Positions 1 through 9,995 are shown, numbered from the stretch's first letter. The stretch: DNA of 64,000 nucleotides from Thermoplasmata archaeon (GCA_023261755.1 JAGDXS010000002.1:365-64364), one strand, 5' to 3'. The notes: generated from the letters alone by a model not told the origin. Numbers and translations are program-made.

Positions 1-120
1 TATCTCCTTTATTGTTAAAGGCTTTTCAGATACAGCAAGAGTCGAATAAATTGTACTCGATGCTTCATCTAGGCCTAAGAATAGCATCAATTTTTTAAGC
101 AAATTTTTTATTTCGTCCAT
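1..120 (-). CDS. Partial CDS: N-terminus of a TrmB/ArsR-like winged-helix regulator (continues off-window)
   Basis: Minus-strand ATG at 118-120 opens a frame that stays open to base 1: MDEIKNLLKKLMLFLGLDEASSTIYSTLAVSEKPLTIKEI. The pattern resembles TrmB-type N-terminal wHTH domains. It is too short for the ORF track. Confidence 0.4.
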   Translation of the reverse strand, partial: MDEIKNLLKKLMLFLGLDEASSTIYSTLAVSEKPLTIKEI

Positions 121-192
121 ATTACCATATTTGTTATATGATAATCATTTTAAATACTTTTCCAAGGATAAAATATAAATAATTTATCTATA

Positions 193-849
193 TTGCATTT
201 ATTTATGTTCAGCTATTATCTCTTAACACTATTAATCGTTTCTTCCGTCTTTTTCATTTGGCTTTTAGAAAGGTATATAAAAAATAAAAATTTGAAAAAT
301 ATTTTCTGGTCATTGGGATTTTTATTTATGTCCATTGCCTACGGATTGAATTTTTATTCGGATTTAATGTCCTGGTCAGTTAATATTTACAAGATTTATT
401 ATTTTTCAAGCATGGTATTGGTTCTCCTATTAGGCCTTGGAACAGCCTACATCTTTCAAAAAAAATGGAAATTCTATTTTTTAATTTATTCAATTTTAAT
501 TTCTTTAATTTTCGCCATTTTTGATTTTACTTCAAATGTAAATTATTCACTCCTTTTACAAGATAATTTGAATTCCATGCCAAATTTAGTGGTAATGCTA
601 AGCCTACTTTTGGTAATACCTGGTTCAATAGTATTAATCATAGGAGCTTATTATTCAGCTTTTAAACTTAGAAAAAATAGAGATGCAATTATTTATAATT
701 CTTTAATAGGTACAGGAGCACTTGTATATTCTGCCATAGGCTCTGCAGCCATGTTTAATATATATTCATTATACTATATAGGTCAATTGGTAGGTTTGCT
801 CCTTATGTTCATTGGATTTTTAAAATCAATAAATGTTTTTAAATCTTAA
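193..849 (+). CDS. Polytopic membrane protein, unknown family
   Basis: 218-aa ORF (TTG at 193; first ATG at 205) with several long hydrophobic helices. No recognisable motif. Confidence 0.5.
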   Translation: MHLFMFSYYLLTLLIVSSVFFIWLLERYIKNKNLKNIFWSLGFLFMSIAYGLNFYSDLMSWSVNIYKIYYFSSMVLVLLLGLGTAYIFQKKWKFYFLIYSILISLIFAIFDFTSNVNYSLLLQDNLNSMPNLVVMLSLLLVIPGSIVLIIGAYYSAFKLRKNRDAIIYNSLIGTGALVYSAIGSAAMFNIYSLYYIGQLVGLLLMFIGFLKSINVFKS

Positions 850-933
850 TGCTAAAAATCTTATTCAGAATTGAAGATAAACTACCAAAATATTAATTTA
901 AGAGAAAAAAATATAGATATAAGGGTGATTAAA

Positions 934-1527
934 ATGAAGAGCATAGACGAACTAGCAAAACAGGCTGTGGAATTAAAAAATAAAGGTATGCCTGAAAAGG
1001 AAATAGCCACTGAATTACATCTTTCTACTCAAACCGTTCAATGGTTACTTTCAAGAGGTTTTGAGAAAAAAACTTCAGCTCCTAGGGATGTTAAAATTGG
1101 ATGGAGATCAATTGGTATTTATCCTTATAGAATTTCTAAATTGGCTGAAATATTTGCAGATATTGTAATAGAAGAAATGAATAATAGGGATTTTGAAGTA
1201 GATTCAGTCGTTGGAATTGCCATAAATGGTATACCAATTGCAACATTTTTAGCAGAGGAATTGAATTCTGAATTGATTGTTTATAGACCACAGCCAACAA
1301 ACAAGGAAGGAACCTTCAGTTCAAATTTCGCATCTGTTTCAGGTAAAAAAATTGTAATCGTTGATGATGTTATCAGCACTGGAGAAACAATGAGCAAAGC
1401 AATTAAGGATATTAAAAATCAGGGTGGTGTGCCCGTTCTTGCCTTAACAATTGTAAACAAAACAGATAGGGATGAAGTGGAAGGCGTAAGACTCAGATCC
1501 TTAATTAGGTCAAGGCTTATTGAGTAA
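934..1527 (+). CDS. PyrE-like phosphoribosyltransferase-domain transcription regulator (GfcR/COG0856-like)
   Basis: N-terminal HTH (GMPEKEIATELHLSTQTVQWLL) plus a PRT domain with the PRPP-binding motif IVIVDDVISTGETM. ATG at 934 is preceded by AAGGGTGAT. The ORF-track TTG at 871 is probably an extension. Confidence 0.75.
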   Translation: MKSIDELAKQAVELKNKGMPEKEIATELHLSTQTVQWLLSRGFEKKTSAPRDVKIGWRSIGIYPYRISKLAEIFADIVIEEMNNRDFEVDSVVGIAINGIPIATFLAEELNSELIVYRPQPTNKEGTFSSNFASVSGKKIVIVDDVISTGETMSKAIKDIKNQGGVPVLALTIVNKTDRDEVEGVRLRSLIRSRLIE

Positions 1528-1543
1528 AAAAATATTTTTAAAT

Positions 1544-2023
1544 TTAATCTTTTTTTATGAGATCTCCAAGTGTTAAAGAATTTTTAACTGTCTTTTGTTC
1601 CCCTGGCAATACAGTTACCTTTTCCATTAATTTAATATTATAAAATTTTTCAAGCTTTCTTATTAATTCCTTATCGGGTTTCATTTCATTCCTTTCTATT
1701 TTAGAAAGAACATTTTTCTTTTCCAACAATTTTTTTGCTGCATCTTCAAGAGATAGATTCATAGACAATCTTGCATTCTTTATTCTTTCCCCATAATCAT
1801 CAACCAGTACCATTTCCTCATCTAGAACATCTTCTTTCTTCCTTGGTACTTTTTTTTCTTGTTCATGATGAATAACATGTGGTACACTTTTATTGATCTT
1901 TAAATCATTTTTTTCAATTGGTGTTCCAAGTTTTGCACAATCATCGCAAACATTCATTACAGCTCCCTCAATCAATACTTTTCTAAGCCTTGGAACATTT
2001 TTTCCACACACTTCACATATCAT
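1544..2023 (-). CDS. mbf1: Archaeal multiprotein bridging factor 1 (aMBF1): zinc ribbon plus HTH
   Basis: MICEVCGKNV...CDDCAKLG zinc ribbon, with a C-terminal XRE-type HTH (IKNARLSMNLSLEDAAKKLLEKKNVLSKIE). ATG at 2023 is preceded by a GGTGGT SD. The ORF-track start at 2077 is likely an extension. Confidence 0.8.
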   Translation of the reverse strand: MICEVCGKNVPRLRKVLIEGAVMNVCDDCAKLGTPIEKNDLKINKSVPHVIHHEQEKKVPRKKEDVLDEEMVLVDDYGERIKNARLSMNLSLEDAAKKLLEKKNVLSKIERNEMKPDKELIRKLEKFYNIKLMEKVTVLPGEQKTVKNSLTLGDLIKKD

Positions 2024-2177
2024 TTTTACCACCTGTTCAGAATAAAAGAATTTCTTTTCATATTTATTATTTTTCATTTTTAGAATTTATTTATTTTTAA
2101 AAATAAAATTATAATATACATCGTTTTAAAGAAAAAATAAATATATTAGAACCAGATAAAGAATAAAAGGTGAGTGA

Positions 2178-3359
2178 ATGGCTAAGGATGATGTAGAAAC
2201 AGGTTTATCCTACGATTTAGAAAAGGATGAATTTTTAAAACAAATAAAATTGCTTGAAACTGAAAAAAAATTTTTAGAATCTGAATTGAAGAGAATGCAA
2301 TATGAAAATGATCAACTGAAAAAGGAATTAAATAGGTTAAGGGCACCGCCATTACTTTTAGGATATATTGAAGATATATTAAATGATAAAAAATTGGTAG
2401 TTAGGAGCTCTACCGGGCCTTCCTTTGTTGTTAACGTATCAGATACAATTTCTCCTTCTAAATTAAAACCTGGTTCAAGGGTAGCTCTCAATAAAACAAC
2501 GTTGGCGATAATAGGTGTTCTTCCTGAGAGTTACGATCCATCAATTGTTGCAGCAGAAATTGTTACTAAACCAGATATTACATACGACGATATAGGTGGT
2601 CTCGAGGATCAAATAAGGGAAGTTAAAGAAACTGTGGAACTTCCTCTCATAAATCCAGACCTATTTAAGAAAGTTGGCATTGAACCTCCCAAGGGCGTTC
2701 TATTGGTAGGTCCACCAGGAACTGGAAAAACATTGCTTGCCAAGGCTGTGGCCCACAATACAAATGCAACATTTATTAGAACAGTTGGGTCAGAACTAGT
2801 AAGAAAATACATTGGTGAAGGTGCTAGGCTTGTTAGAGAACTTTTTGATCTTGCTAGGGAGAAATCACCATCTATTCTCTTTATAGATGAGCTAGATGCA
2901 ATAGGATCGAGAAGGCTTGACATGTCGACATCAGGTGATAGGGAGGTACAAAGAACATTAATGCAGTTATTGGCAGAAATGGATGGCTTCGATCCTTTAG
3001 GGAATGTAAAAATAATAGCGGCAACAAATAGGCCAGATATACTGGATGAAGCACTTATAAGGCCTGGAAGATTTGATAGGATTATTGAAATACCTTTACC
3101 CAATGAAGATGCGAGGGAAAAGATATTTAGAATACATACAAGAAAAATGAATTTAAACAATGTTGATCTAAAATACCTTGCAAAATTAACAAATGGTATG
3201 TCTGGAGCAGACATAAAAGCGATATGTACTGAGGCAGGTATGAACGCTATTAGAGATAACAGGGATTATGTAATTTATCAGGACTTCACCAAGGCCATAG
3301 AAAAAGTAACAAAATCAACAAAAGGAGAAACAGATATACCTGGCCATATGTTCAGCTAA
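2178..3359 (+). CDS. pan: Proteasome-activating nucleotidase PAN (AAA+ ATPase)
   Basis: N-terminal coiled coil, OB region, Walker A GPPGTGKT, Walker B ILFIDELD, second region of homology. 393 aa. Confidence 0.95.
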   Translation: MAKDDVETGLSYDLEKDEFLKQIKLLETEKKFLESELKRMQYENDQLKKELNRLRAPPLLLGYIEDILNDKKLVVRSSTGPSFVVNVSDTISPSKLKPGSRVALNKTTLAIIGVLPESYDPSIVAAEIVTKPDITYDDIGGLEDQIREVKETVELPLINPDLFKKVGIEPPKGVLLVGPPGTGKTLLAKAVAHNTNATFIRTVGSELVRKYIGEGARLVRELFDLAREKSPSILFIDELDAIGSRRLDMSTSGDREVQRTLMQLLAEMDGFDPLGNVKIIAATNRPDILDEALIRPGRFDRIIEIPLPNEDAREKIFRIHTRKMNLNNVDLKYLAKLTNGMSGADIKAICTEAGMNAIRDNRDYVIYQDFTKAIEKVTKSTKGETDIPGHMFS

Positions 3360-3360
3360 A

Positions 3361-3367
3361 TTTTTTT
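3361..3367 (+). terminator. Oligo-T tract immediately after the PAN stop
   Basis: T7 run begins 2 nt after the TAA at 3357-3359. Archaeal terminators are oligo-T tracts. Confidence 0.4.
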
Positions 3368-3369
3368 AC

Positions 3370-3436
3370 TATATCAGCACTCATAGGGATCATCATAGCC
3401 CAAAGGGCTCAGTTGACCCTCTTTTCATCACTTTAA
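3370..3436 (-). ncRNA. C/D box sRNA (2'-O-methylation guide)
   Basis: Minus strand reads GTGATGA(C, 3431-3425)-AAAGAGGGTCAA-CTGA(D', 3412-3409)-GCCCTTTGGGCT-ATGATGA(C', 3396-3390)-TCCCTATGAGTG-CTGA(D, 3377-3374). Both guides are exactly 12 nt. It forms a GC-rich island in an AT-rich spacer. Confidence 0.8.
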
Positions 3437-3451
3437 AAAATATAAAAAATT

Positions 3452-3970
3452 TTAACTGAAGTTATAGCCAAGTTCAACTGCTTCCATGTTCTCTTTTTCA
3501 GTACCTTTAGGAACAGATTCTGAAACAGCATTGAGCAATGATTGTTTTGATACTACATTTGTGATTTTCACTAAATAGCCTAGCATTGCCATATTTACAG
3601 AAGTTGTTTTATTGAATTTCTCTTTTACAAGTCTAGTTGCTGGGATTCCATACATCCTATTTACCTTTTCAGGTGAAACAAGATCACTTTCATAGATAAG
3701 TATGCCATCCTTTTTAAGGGTATTGAATGCTGAATCGTAGCCTTTCTGTGAAAATGCTACTATTACATCCGCATCAAGAACATAAGGGTAATCTATTTTA
3801 TCATTAGATATGATGAGGGATGAGCTTGAAAAGCCTCCTCTTGTTTCAGCCCCGTAACTTTCCGTATAAACTGCCTCTTTTCCTTCATAAATGGCTGCCG
3901 CTTTACCTAGAATTAAACCTGCAAGTATTACCCCTTGACCACCGCTTCCAACGAATTTTATGCCTGTCAT
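3452..3970 (-). CDS. 2-oxoacid:ferredoxin oxidoreductase gamma-subunit family protein (orphan)
   Basis: N-terminus FVGSGGQGVILAGLILGKAA with YGAETRGG is typical of the POR/KOR gamma (PF01558-type) domain. No alpha, beta or delta genes are adjacent. Confidence 0.8.
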   Translation of the reverse strand: MTGIKFVGSGGQGVILAGLILGKAAAIYEGKEAVYTESYGAETRGGFSSSSLIISNDKIDYPYVLDADVIVAFSQKGYDSAFNTLKKDGILIYESDLVSPEKVNRMYGIPATRLVKEKFNKTTSVNMAMLGYLVKITNVVSKQSLLNAVSESVPKGTEKENMEAVELGYNFS

Positions 3971-3975
3971 ATTGA

Positions 3976-4353
3976 TTACTTCGCTCTTATTTTATTTCTA
4001 TCAATTTTTATTCCAGAAGGCGTAATAAACAAATAATTTTTTCCTATTGCCACAACATCTCCATCTACGTCTTTTGCTACACTTTTTAGCTCATTTATTA
4101 TCCTTCTCATTGTTAATTCATCATCAGCCAATGCCGTGTAATCTAAAATAAGTATATCACCGTTATAGACATATTCTGTAAGATCCTTTAAATCTTCATA
4201 CCTGAATACTTCTCCAACCCTGACTACTGGGCCTGTTGACCCTAGCTCTATTGATGGCTCATAATCATTTAAATCAAGATATTTCCTAGGCTCAGCGCCT
4301 CCTGACGGCTTATCTAATGGCTTTAAAGGTTTTTTCCTGAAAAATGCTGGCAT
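3976..4353 (-). CDS. sepF: Cell division protein SepF (archaeal)
   Basis: 125 aa with a C-terminal SepF/DUF552-like core (VVRVGEVFRYEDLKDLTEYVYNGDILILDY...DGDVVAIGKNYLFITPSGIKI). Confidence 0.75.
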   Translation of the reverse strand: MPAFFRKKPLKPLDKPSGGAEPRKYLDLNDYEPSIELGSTGPVVRVGEVFRYEDLKDLTEYVYNGDILILDYTALADDELTMRRIINELKSVAKDVDGDVVAIGKNYLFITPSGIKIDRNKIRAK

Positions 4354-4429
4354 TTAATTATCACCTGACAACGTAATGGTTTTCTCTAAATAAAAATTTT
4401 TCTGATAAAATTTAATTTAAATTTGAAAT

Positions 4430-5299
4430 TTAATTATTTTTTGTTAAATTTGTTACATGTGTTAAAATTTTATCCTTAACATCATCCATTTTTAAATTTG
4501 ATACTTCAGTTAAAACAGCTAGATTATAATGATCCACGAACAAGTCAAGTATTTTTATGTCAAGAATTTTTATATTCATGTCATTAAAAGTATCTAAAAA
4601 TCTTTTCTTGAAAGAATCTAGATTTACTGTTCCAGGAAGATCAAAGCGTACCTTTACAACTCTTTTATCAAATTTTGAATAATTGTATACCATTGAACCT
4701 ATTATTGTTGAATTCGGGATTGTGATAAGTACATTTTCATCATTGATTAATTTCGTGTACAAAAAACCTATTTCTTCAACAGTACCTGTAAAATCAGGAA
4801 TTTGAAATTCATGTGGATATGTGGATGAAAAACTGCTGAACTGTGAATTATTTATTGTTACCCTTTCACCTATGTTAAAAGGTTTTGCAAAAATTAAATA
4901 AAAACCAGCAAAAAAATTACTCAAAACCGATTGTGCAGCAATACCCAAAATTATACTTGCAAAACCTGCACTTATGAGACCAACTGTTACATTAGTACCA
5001 ATAGTAAATATTATTATTCCTGCAATTATTGTGAAAAATATTATCTGAAATGTTGTTCTAAAATTTTTGGCATTCTTTTCATTGAATTTCTGTAGTGCAT
5101 AAGCGTATAATATATTTCCAAAGAATTTTGTTACAAGATAAGTAATAAATATTGCAATTAATACCGTTATCGCTTCATCATAAACTTCAGGTATTACATT
5201 TAAATGTTCCAGCAATTTTAAAATAAAAACGAGAAATAGACCTAATATGATAGAACCTATGATGCTTATTCCATTTCCTAACACTGTTCTAATTTTCAA
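4430..5299 (-). CDS. Small-conductance mechanosensitive channel (MscS family)
   Basis: N-terminal TM helices followed by an MscS beta-domain pattern (GERVTI...GTVEEIGFLYTKL...VLITIPNSTI). Confidence 0.78.
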   Translation of the reverse strand: MKIRTVLGNGISIIGSIILGLFLVFILKLLEHLNVIPEVYDEAITVLIAIFITYLVTKFFGNILYAYALQKFNEKNAKNFRTTFQIIFFTIIAGIIIFTIGTNVTVGLISAGFASIILGIAAQSVLSNFFAGFYLIFAKPFNIGERVTINNSQFSSFSSTYPHEFQIPDFTGTVEEIGFLYTKLINDENVLITIPNSTIIGSMVYNYSKFDKRVVKVRFDLPGTVNLDSFKKRFLDTFNDMNIKILDIKILDLFVDHYNLAVLTEVSNLKMDDVKDKILTHVTNLTKNN

Positions 5300-5931
5300 T
5301 CCTTATCCCCCTTTAGATTTTTTATAATACCGTTCATTCTTTCATAATCTATTATAACAAAGATATTGCTACCCTGAGTATTATTTTTTATTTTATCTGC
5401 CATGTATTCTTCTCTTTTCTTTTCCAACTTCGCGTATCCTTTCAATTTATTTATTTCCATATCCCATTTAATAGAAAACTCTTCGGGCGTCTGAGCTTTA
5501 AAATCCTTTTTTAAAATCCTTTTTTTCCTGTATGTATGCCTTAATATGTCAAAAAATTTTACATTCCCTGTGAATGCATTTGCATATTCATTTTCATTCA
5601 TATCTATAGCTAAAATGTTAATTCCATTTTCCTGAGCAATTTTTATTGCGCTTGTAAATGAAGGAATGGGCATTTTCACCTTCCCAAAATTTTGTAATTT
5701 TAATCCATAAATTATTTCATAATCTGAAAGATCCACCTCAAATGGTTTTTCAATATAAACTTTCAAACCCTCTAAATCCTCTGGCGAAATTCCCAGCATC
5801 ACCAAATCAAATTTATTTTCATCAAAAATTTTTTTTATATCTTCACTCTCAGAAAATAGACCTCTTACTGTGCCATAAATTGTGTAAGATCTTAAATTGT
5901 ACGTTACTTTTTTTATTTTTTCCAAATTCAT
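5296..5931 (-). CDS. Hypothetical protein, weak TraB-family resemblance
   Basis: 211-aa ORF overlapping the MscS start by 4 nt. The N-terminal pattern (IYGTVRGLFSESEDIKKIF...DLVMLGISPEDLEGL) is loosely TraB-like. Not verified. Confidence 0.35.
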   Translation of the reverse strand: MNLEKIKKVTYNLRSYTIYGTVRGLFSESEDIKKIFDENKFDLVMLGISPEDLEGLKVYIEKPFEVDLSDYEIIYGLKLQNFGKVKMPIPSFTSAIKIAQENGINILAIDMNENEYANAFTGNVKFFDILRHTYRKKRILKKDFKAQTPEEFSIKWDMEINKLKGYAKLEKKREEYMADKIKNNTQGSNIFVIIDYERMNGIIKNLKGDKD

Positions 5932-6031
5932 TTACTCACATCCAATTTGTTCAAAGATAAAAAATTTTTCTATATCTTTTCTAAAAAGGTTTATATCATG
6001 AGTTGTAATTCCAAACACAGGAGGTAAATAA

Positions 6032-6262
6032 ATGTTAGATACTGCAACTGCTATATATGCTCTTGCAGCAGCGGTTTCTATGGCTGGTGGTCTTATAGGT
6101 ACTGGACTTGCTCAACAAGGAATTGGTGCAGCTGGGATGGGAGTAGTAGCTGAAAAACCGGAGAAGATGGGTCAGGTTCTTTTTTTCCTTGTTATACCTG
6201 AAACACTCTTCATATTTGGTTTTGTTTTTGGTCTTATAATACTGATGCATATCCTCGGTTGA
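6032..6262 (+). CDS. atpK: A-type ATP synthase subunit K (proteolipid c, single hairpin)
   Basis: 76 aa with two TM helices and the carboxylate in VIPETLFIFG. An AGGAGGT SD lies at 6019-6025. Confidence 0.9.
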   Translation: MLDTATAIYALAAAVSMAGGLIGTGLAQQGIGAAGMGVVAEKPEKMGQVLFFLVIPETLFIFGFVFGLIILMHILG

Positions 6263-6266
6263 AAAA

Positions 6267-6842
6267 ATGGCTACAGAAGACGTAATCAAAGGTATATACG
6301 ATAAGGGCAATTTAGAGAGAGAATCCATAAGAAAATCAGCTGAACAGCAAGTATCAAAGATACTTGAAGATGCATCTTCAAAAGCAAAGAAAATCATTGA
6401 TGATGGTAAAGGAAAGATCATAAAAGATCTTGAGCTAGAAAAAATGAGAAAAATTTCAATGGTTAACGTTGAATTGAAAAGAGAATACATGGATCTTCTT
6501 AATAAAATCATGGATGAATATTTAGATAAAATAAAAGAATATATGAAGGAATTGAGAAATAATCAGCTATACAGAGATTACATAAAAAGATCAATTGAAA
6601 AAGGGCTGCAGGAAATTGGCATCAATGAGAATGATTCAATAATCTATATATCTGAGATAGATAAATCAATCGTGGATAATAAAAATGCCAAATTCAGCAA
6701 AGACCTTGACGAGTTGGGTGGAGTAATTATTTCAACAAAGGATGGAAAAATATTTTCTGACAAAACAATAAAGAACCTTATTGAAGAAAAGAAATTGGAA
6801 ATTAAGGAAAAATTTTATGTGAAAGTAAAGGAGGAACTATAA
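6267..6842 (+). CDS. atpE: A-type ATP synthase subunit E
   Basis: 191 aa with a charged N-terminal helix and a globular C-terminus. Position in the operon supports the call. Confidence 0.85.
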   Translation: MATEDVIKGIYDKGNLERESIRKSAEQQVSKILEDASSKAKKIIDDGKGKIIKDLELEKMRKISMVNVELKREYMDLLNKIMDEYLDKIKEYMKELRNNQLYRDYIKRSIEKGLQEIGINENDSIIYISEIDKSIVDNKNAKFSKDLDELGGVIISTKDGKIFSDKTIKNLIEEKKLEIKEKFYVKVKEEL

Positions 6843-6843
6843 C

Positions 6844-7917
6844 TTGCAAGGTCTAATTTCCTATGCTTATGCATATGCCAGGTCGAAGGCAATTGAATCT
6901 AACTTAATAGATAATTCCATTTTAGAGCAGTTGATTTCTGCTCCAGATGTTCAGCAAATAATAAATATTCTCATGGAAACATCCTACAAGGATTACATTT
7001 CCTATTTTTCTTCAAAGTATTCAGGTGTTGAATTGATAGAAATGAGCCTGAATTCAAATTTAGTTAAAATATCTAGGATTGCTTTAAATATTACTCCCAG
7101 AATAGGATTAGATGCACTGAGAAGCTACATATCAAAATGGGACATAGCTAACATTAAAATTATTATTTCATCAAAAGTGCTAGGTAAAAAAATAAATGAA
7201 ACTGAAATGTTTTTATTAAGTGAAAGAGATCTCCCAGCAGGAATAGTTGCTGGCCAAATGACGCCAGAAGATTTTAAAATAATGATTGAAGAGCAGGATA
7301 TAGACTCCATAATAAAATATCTATTAAAATTTCCCTATGGAAAGGTTCTTATGGATAACATAGAAAGTTTCAAAAAAGCAGGTGATCCAGGAGAAATGCT
7401 CCTTTCACTTGATCTATTTTATTACAAAAATTTAATTGAAAAAATTAAGCTATTTCAAGGAAATGAACTGCCTGTTCTTCATTTAATTTCCAGTCAAATA
7501 GATGCTAAAAATATCATGACATTGATAAGAGGTATGGATATTGGAATACAACCACCTGAACTTAAAAAATATATGATAGAGGGAGGAAATTTAAAAGGTC
7601 AGAGGCTAGATGATCTATTGCATGCATCTAGTATTTCAGATGTTGTTGAAAAAGTCAAAGATATTTATGATTTAAGCAAAGCCCTGGAGAGATACAATGA
7701 GTACGGGGACATAAAAGAATTTGAAATACAATTAGAAAATTACATAGTTAATAAAAATATTTCATCGTTCAGGATTGCATCACCAGGCCTTGCTTCAATA
7801 GTTGGATTATTGCTAATGTTTGAAACTGAAAGAGAAAATATAAGGAAAATAGCTTATGGAAGACAGTATAAATTTTCCAATGATAGGATAAAATCTATGC
7901 TTATCAGGGTGGTTTAA
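6844..7917 (+). CDS. atpC: A-type ATP synthase subunit C
   Basis: 357 aa, TTG start. Size, helical composition and operon position match the subunit C (V-type d) family. Confidence 0.85.
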   Translation: MQGLISYAYAYARSKAIESNLIDNSILEQLISAPDVQQIINILMETSYKDYISYFSSKYSGVELIEMSLNSNLVKISRIALNITPRIGLDALRSYISKWDIANIKIIISSKVLGKKINETEMFLLSERDLPAGIVAGQMTPEDFKIMIEEQDIDSIIKYLLKFPYGKVLMDNIESFKKAGDPGEMLLSLDLFYYKNLIEKIKLFQGNELPVLHLISSQIDAKNIMTLIRGMDIGIQPPELKKYMIEGGNLKGQRLDDLLHASSISDVVEKVKDIYDLSKALERYNEYGDIKEFEIQLENYIVNKNISSFRIASPGLASIVGLLLMFETERENIRKIAYGRQYKFSNDRIKSMLIRVV

Positions 7918-8244
7918 ATGGATGAACTTTATAAAATAGTAGTCATAGGCGAAAGGGAGCTTGTTATAGGTTACAGGCTCCTTGGATGCACAGAATGTTA
8001 CATGGTGAATGATAAGGAGGGTGCAAGCAAACTTGTTTCGCTCTTATCAAGAAAAGATATTGGTATAATTATTGCGTCTGATTTTATTAGGGATTATTTA
8101 TCAAACTCAGAATTAGAAAAAATTGAATTTTTAACTAGACCGCTTGTTGTTTTTGTTCCATCACAAATAAAAACAAAAAAAGGAGAGGAAGAGGTATTGA
8201 AAGAAATTGTAAAAAGAGTCCTTGGTATAGATATTGGAGCGTGA
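7918..8244 (+). CDS. atpF: A-type ATP synthase subunit F
   Basis: 108 aa with IVVIGERELVIGYRLLG, typical of subunit F. Confidence 0.85.
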   Translation: MDELYKIVVIGERELVIGYRLLGCTECYMVNDKEGASKLVSLLSRKDIGIIIASDFIRDYLSNSELEKIEFLTRPLVVFVPSQIKTKKGEEEVLKEIVKRVLGIDIGA

Positions 8245-8250
8245 TACTAA

Positions 8251-9993
8251 ATGGGTATAATTTACAGGGTTTCAGGTCCAGTTGTTGTGGCTAAAGATGT
8301 TGAAAATGCAAAAATGTATGATGTAGTCTATGTAGGAGAAGAAGGCCTAGTAGGCGAAATAATAAGAATTACGGGAAATAGTTCAATAATACAGGTTTAT
8401 GAGGATACAAGTGGTGTAAAACCTAACGATAAGGTGGTGAATACAGAATTACCACTTTCAGTTGAGCTAGGTCCTGGTTTATTAAAAAGCATATATGATG
8501 GTGTTCAGAGACCTTTACCAATTCTTAAGGAAAAAAGTGGTGATTTTATTAAAAGGGGCATTACAGCCAATGCTCTTGATGAAAATAAAAAGTGGTATTT
8601 TGTACCAACTGCTAAAGTAGGTGATAATGTTTCTCAGGGAAGCATTGTTGGTTATGTCCAAGAATCACAGACAATAAAAACAAAAATAATGGTCCCCAAA
8701 GGGGTAAATGGAAAAATTAAAGAAATTTCAGAAGGAAATTATACAATAAGGGACCACGTTTATTCTGTTGAAAGTAATGGCAGAACAATAGATCTTGGTC
8801 TTTCAGAAAAATCGAATGTTAGATTTCCAAGATCCATAAAAGAAAAGCTTCCACCCACAGCTCCTTTAATCACTGGTCAAAGGGTGATAGATACATTCTT
8901 CACAGTGGCCAAAGGAGGCACTGCTTGTGTAATAGGTCCATTTGGAAGTGGGAAAACTGTAATACAGCATCAGTTAGCAAAGTGGTCAGATACAGATATA
9001 GTTGTTTATGTTGGGTGCGGAGAGAGAGGAAATGAAATGACAGAAGTTCTGGTTACTTTCCCAGAGCTTATAGATCCAAAAACAAAGGGACCTCTCATGG
9101 ATAGGACAGTTTTAATTGCAAATACAAGCAATATGCCTGTTGCTGCAAGGGAAGCTAGTGTTTACACTGCAGTAACAATAGCTGAATATTATAGGGATAT
9201 GGGTTACGATGTGTCTTTAATGGCTGATAGTACTAGCAGATGGGCAGAAGCGATGAGGGAGATTTCTGGAAGGCTTGAAGAAATGCCTGGAGAAGAGGGA
9301 TATCCTGCCTATCTAAGCAGAAGATTGGCTGAATTTTATGAAAGGGCAGGAAGAACAATAAATCTGAATGGTACCCAGGGTTCAGTTACTATAGTTGGAG
9401 CTGTATCACCACCAGGTGGAGATACATCTGAACCCGTTTCACAGGGAACATTAAGGTTGACAAAAGTGTTCTGGGCTCTTGATGCTTCTTTAGCCAACAG
9501 AAGACATTTCCCATCACTCAACTGGTTAACAAGTTATTCTCAATATCACAGCACAGTGGGAACATGGTTTTCTAAAAATGTAAGCCCGGACTGGAATGAT
9601 ATAAGAGATAATGCAATGTCATTGCTTCAGCAGGAAGAGGAACTTCAGGAAATTGTTCAGCTTGTTGGACCTGATGCCCTTCCAGATAGAGAAAGAATAA
9701 TTCTTGATACAGCTAAAATGATCAGGGAAGATTATTTGCAACAGAGTGCATTTGATGAAGTAGATACATATTGCTCACTTAAAAAGCAAAATCTCATGCT
9801 TAAGACAATATTACTTTTCCATCAGGAAGCTATGAATGCCATATCATCTGGAATACCATTAAAATCTATTCTTTCATTGAAGGTGAGGGATCAGATATCA
9901 AGGATGAAAGAAATAAGGGAAGAGAATCTAGATCAGATCAATCAAATAATAGATGAAATTAAAAAAGAATTCAATTCGTTGAAGGGGGCTTAA
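8251..9993 (+). CDS. atpA: A-type ATP synthase catalytic subunit A (no intein)
   Basis: P-loop GPFGSGKTV, the non-homologous insertion region, and a contiguous length of 580 aa. Confidence 0.97.
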   Translation: MGIIYRVSGPVVVAKDVENAKMYDVVYVGEEGLVGEIIRITGNSSIIQVYEDTSGVKPNDKVVNTELPLSVELGPGLLKSIYDGVQRPLPILKEKSGDFIKRGITANALDENKKWYFVPTAKVGDNVSQGSIVGYVQESQTIKTKIMVPKGVNGKIKEISEGNYTIRDHVYSVESNGRTIDLGLSEKSNVRFPRSIKEKLPPTAPLITGQRVIDTFFTVAKGGTACVIGPFGSGKTVIQHQLAKWSDTDIVVYVGCGERGNEMTEVLVTFPELIDPKTKGPLMDRTVLIANTSNMPVAAREASVYTAVTIAEYYRDMGYDVSLMADSTSRWAEAMREISGRLEEMPGEEGYPAYLSRRLAEFYERAGRTINLNGTQGSVTIVGAVSPPGGDTSEPVSQGTLRLTKVFWALDASLANRRHFPSLNWLTSYSQYHSTVGTWFSKNVSPDWNDIRDNAMSLLQQEEELQEIVQLVGPDALPDRERIILDTAKMIREDYLQQSAFDEVDTYCSLKKQNLMLKTILLFHQEAMNAISSGIPLKSILSLKVRDQISRMKEIREENLDQINQIIDEIKKEFNSLKGA

Positions 9994-9995
9994 AA

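Noticed and set aside
2609-3214. Long antisense ORFs opposite real genes. Examples: 201 aa opposite PAN; also 6035-6511, 11923-12378, 20187-20639, 21162-21461, 36421-37641, 43609-44061, 45585-45971, 46885-47265, 55092-55454.
   Set aside because: All lie fully inside confidently identified genes on the other strand. They have low-complexity S/F/I/L-rich translations and no motifs, the typical shadow frames of codon-biased genes.
8251-9993. Intein in atpA (known in some Thermoplasmatales VMA genes).
   Set aside because: The ORF is 580 aa, with contiguous catalytic motifs and no insertion after the P-loop region.
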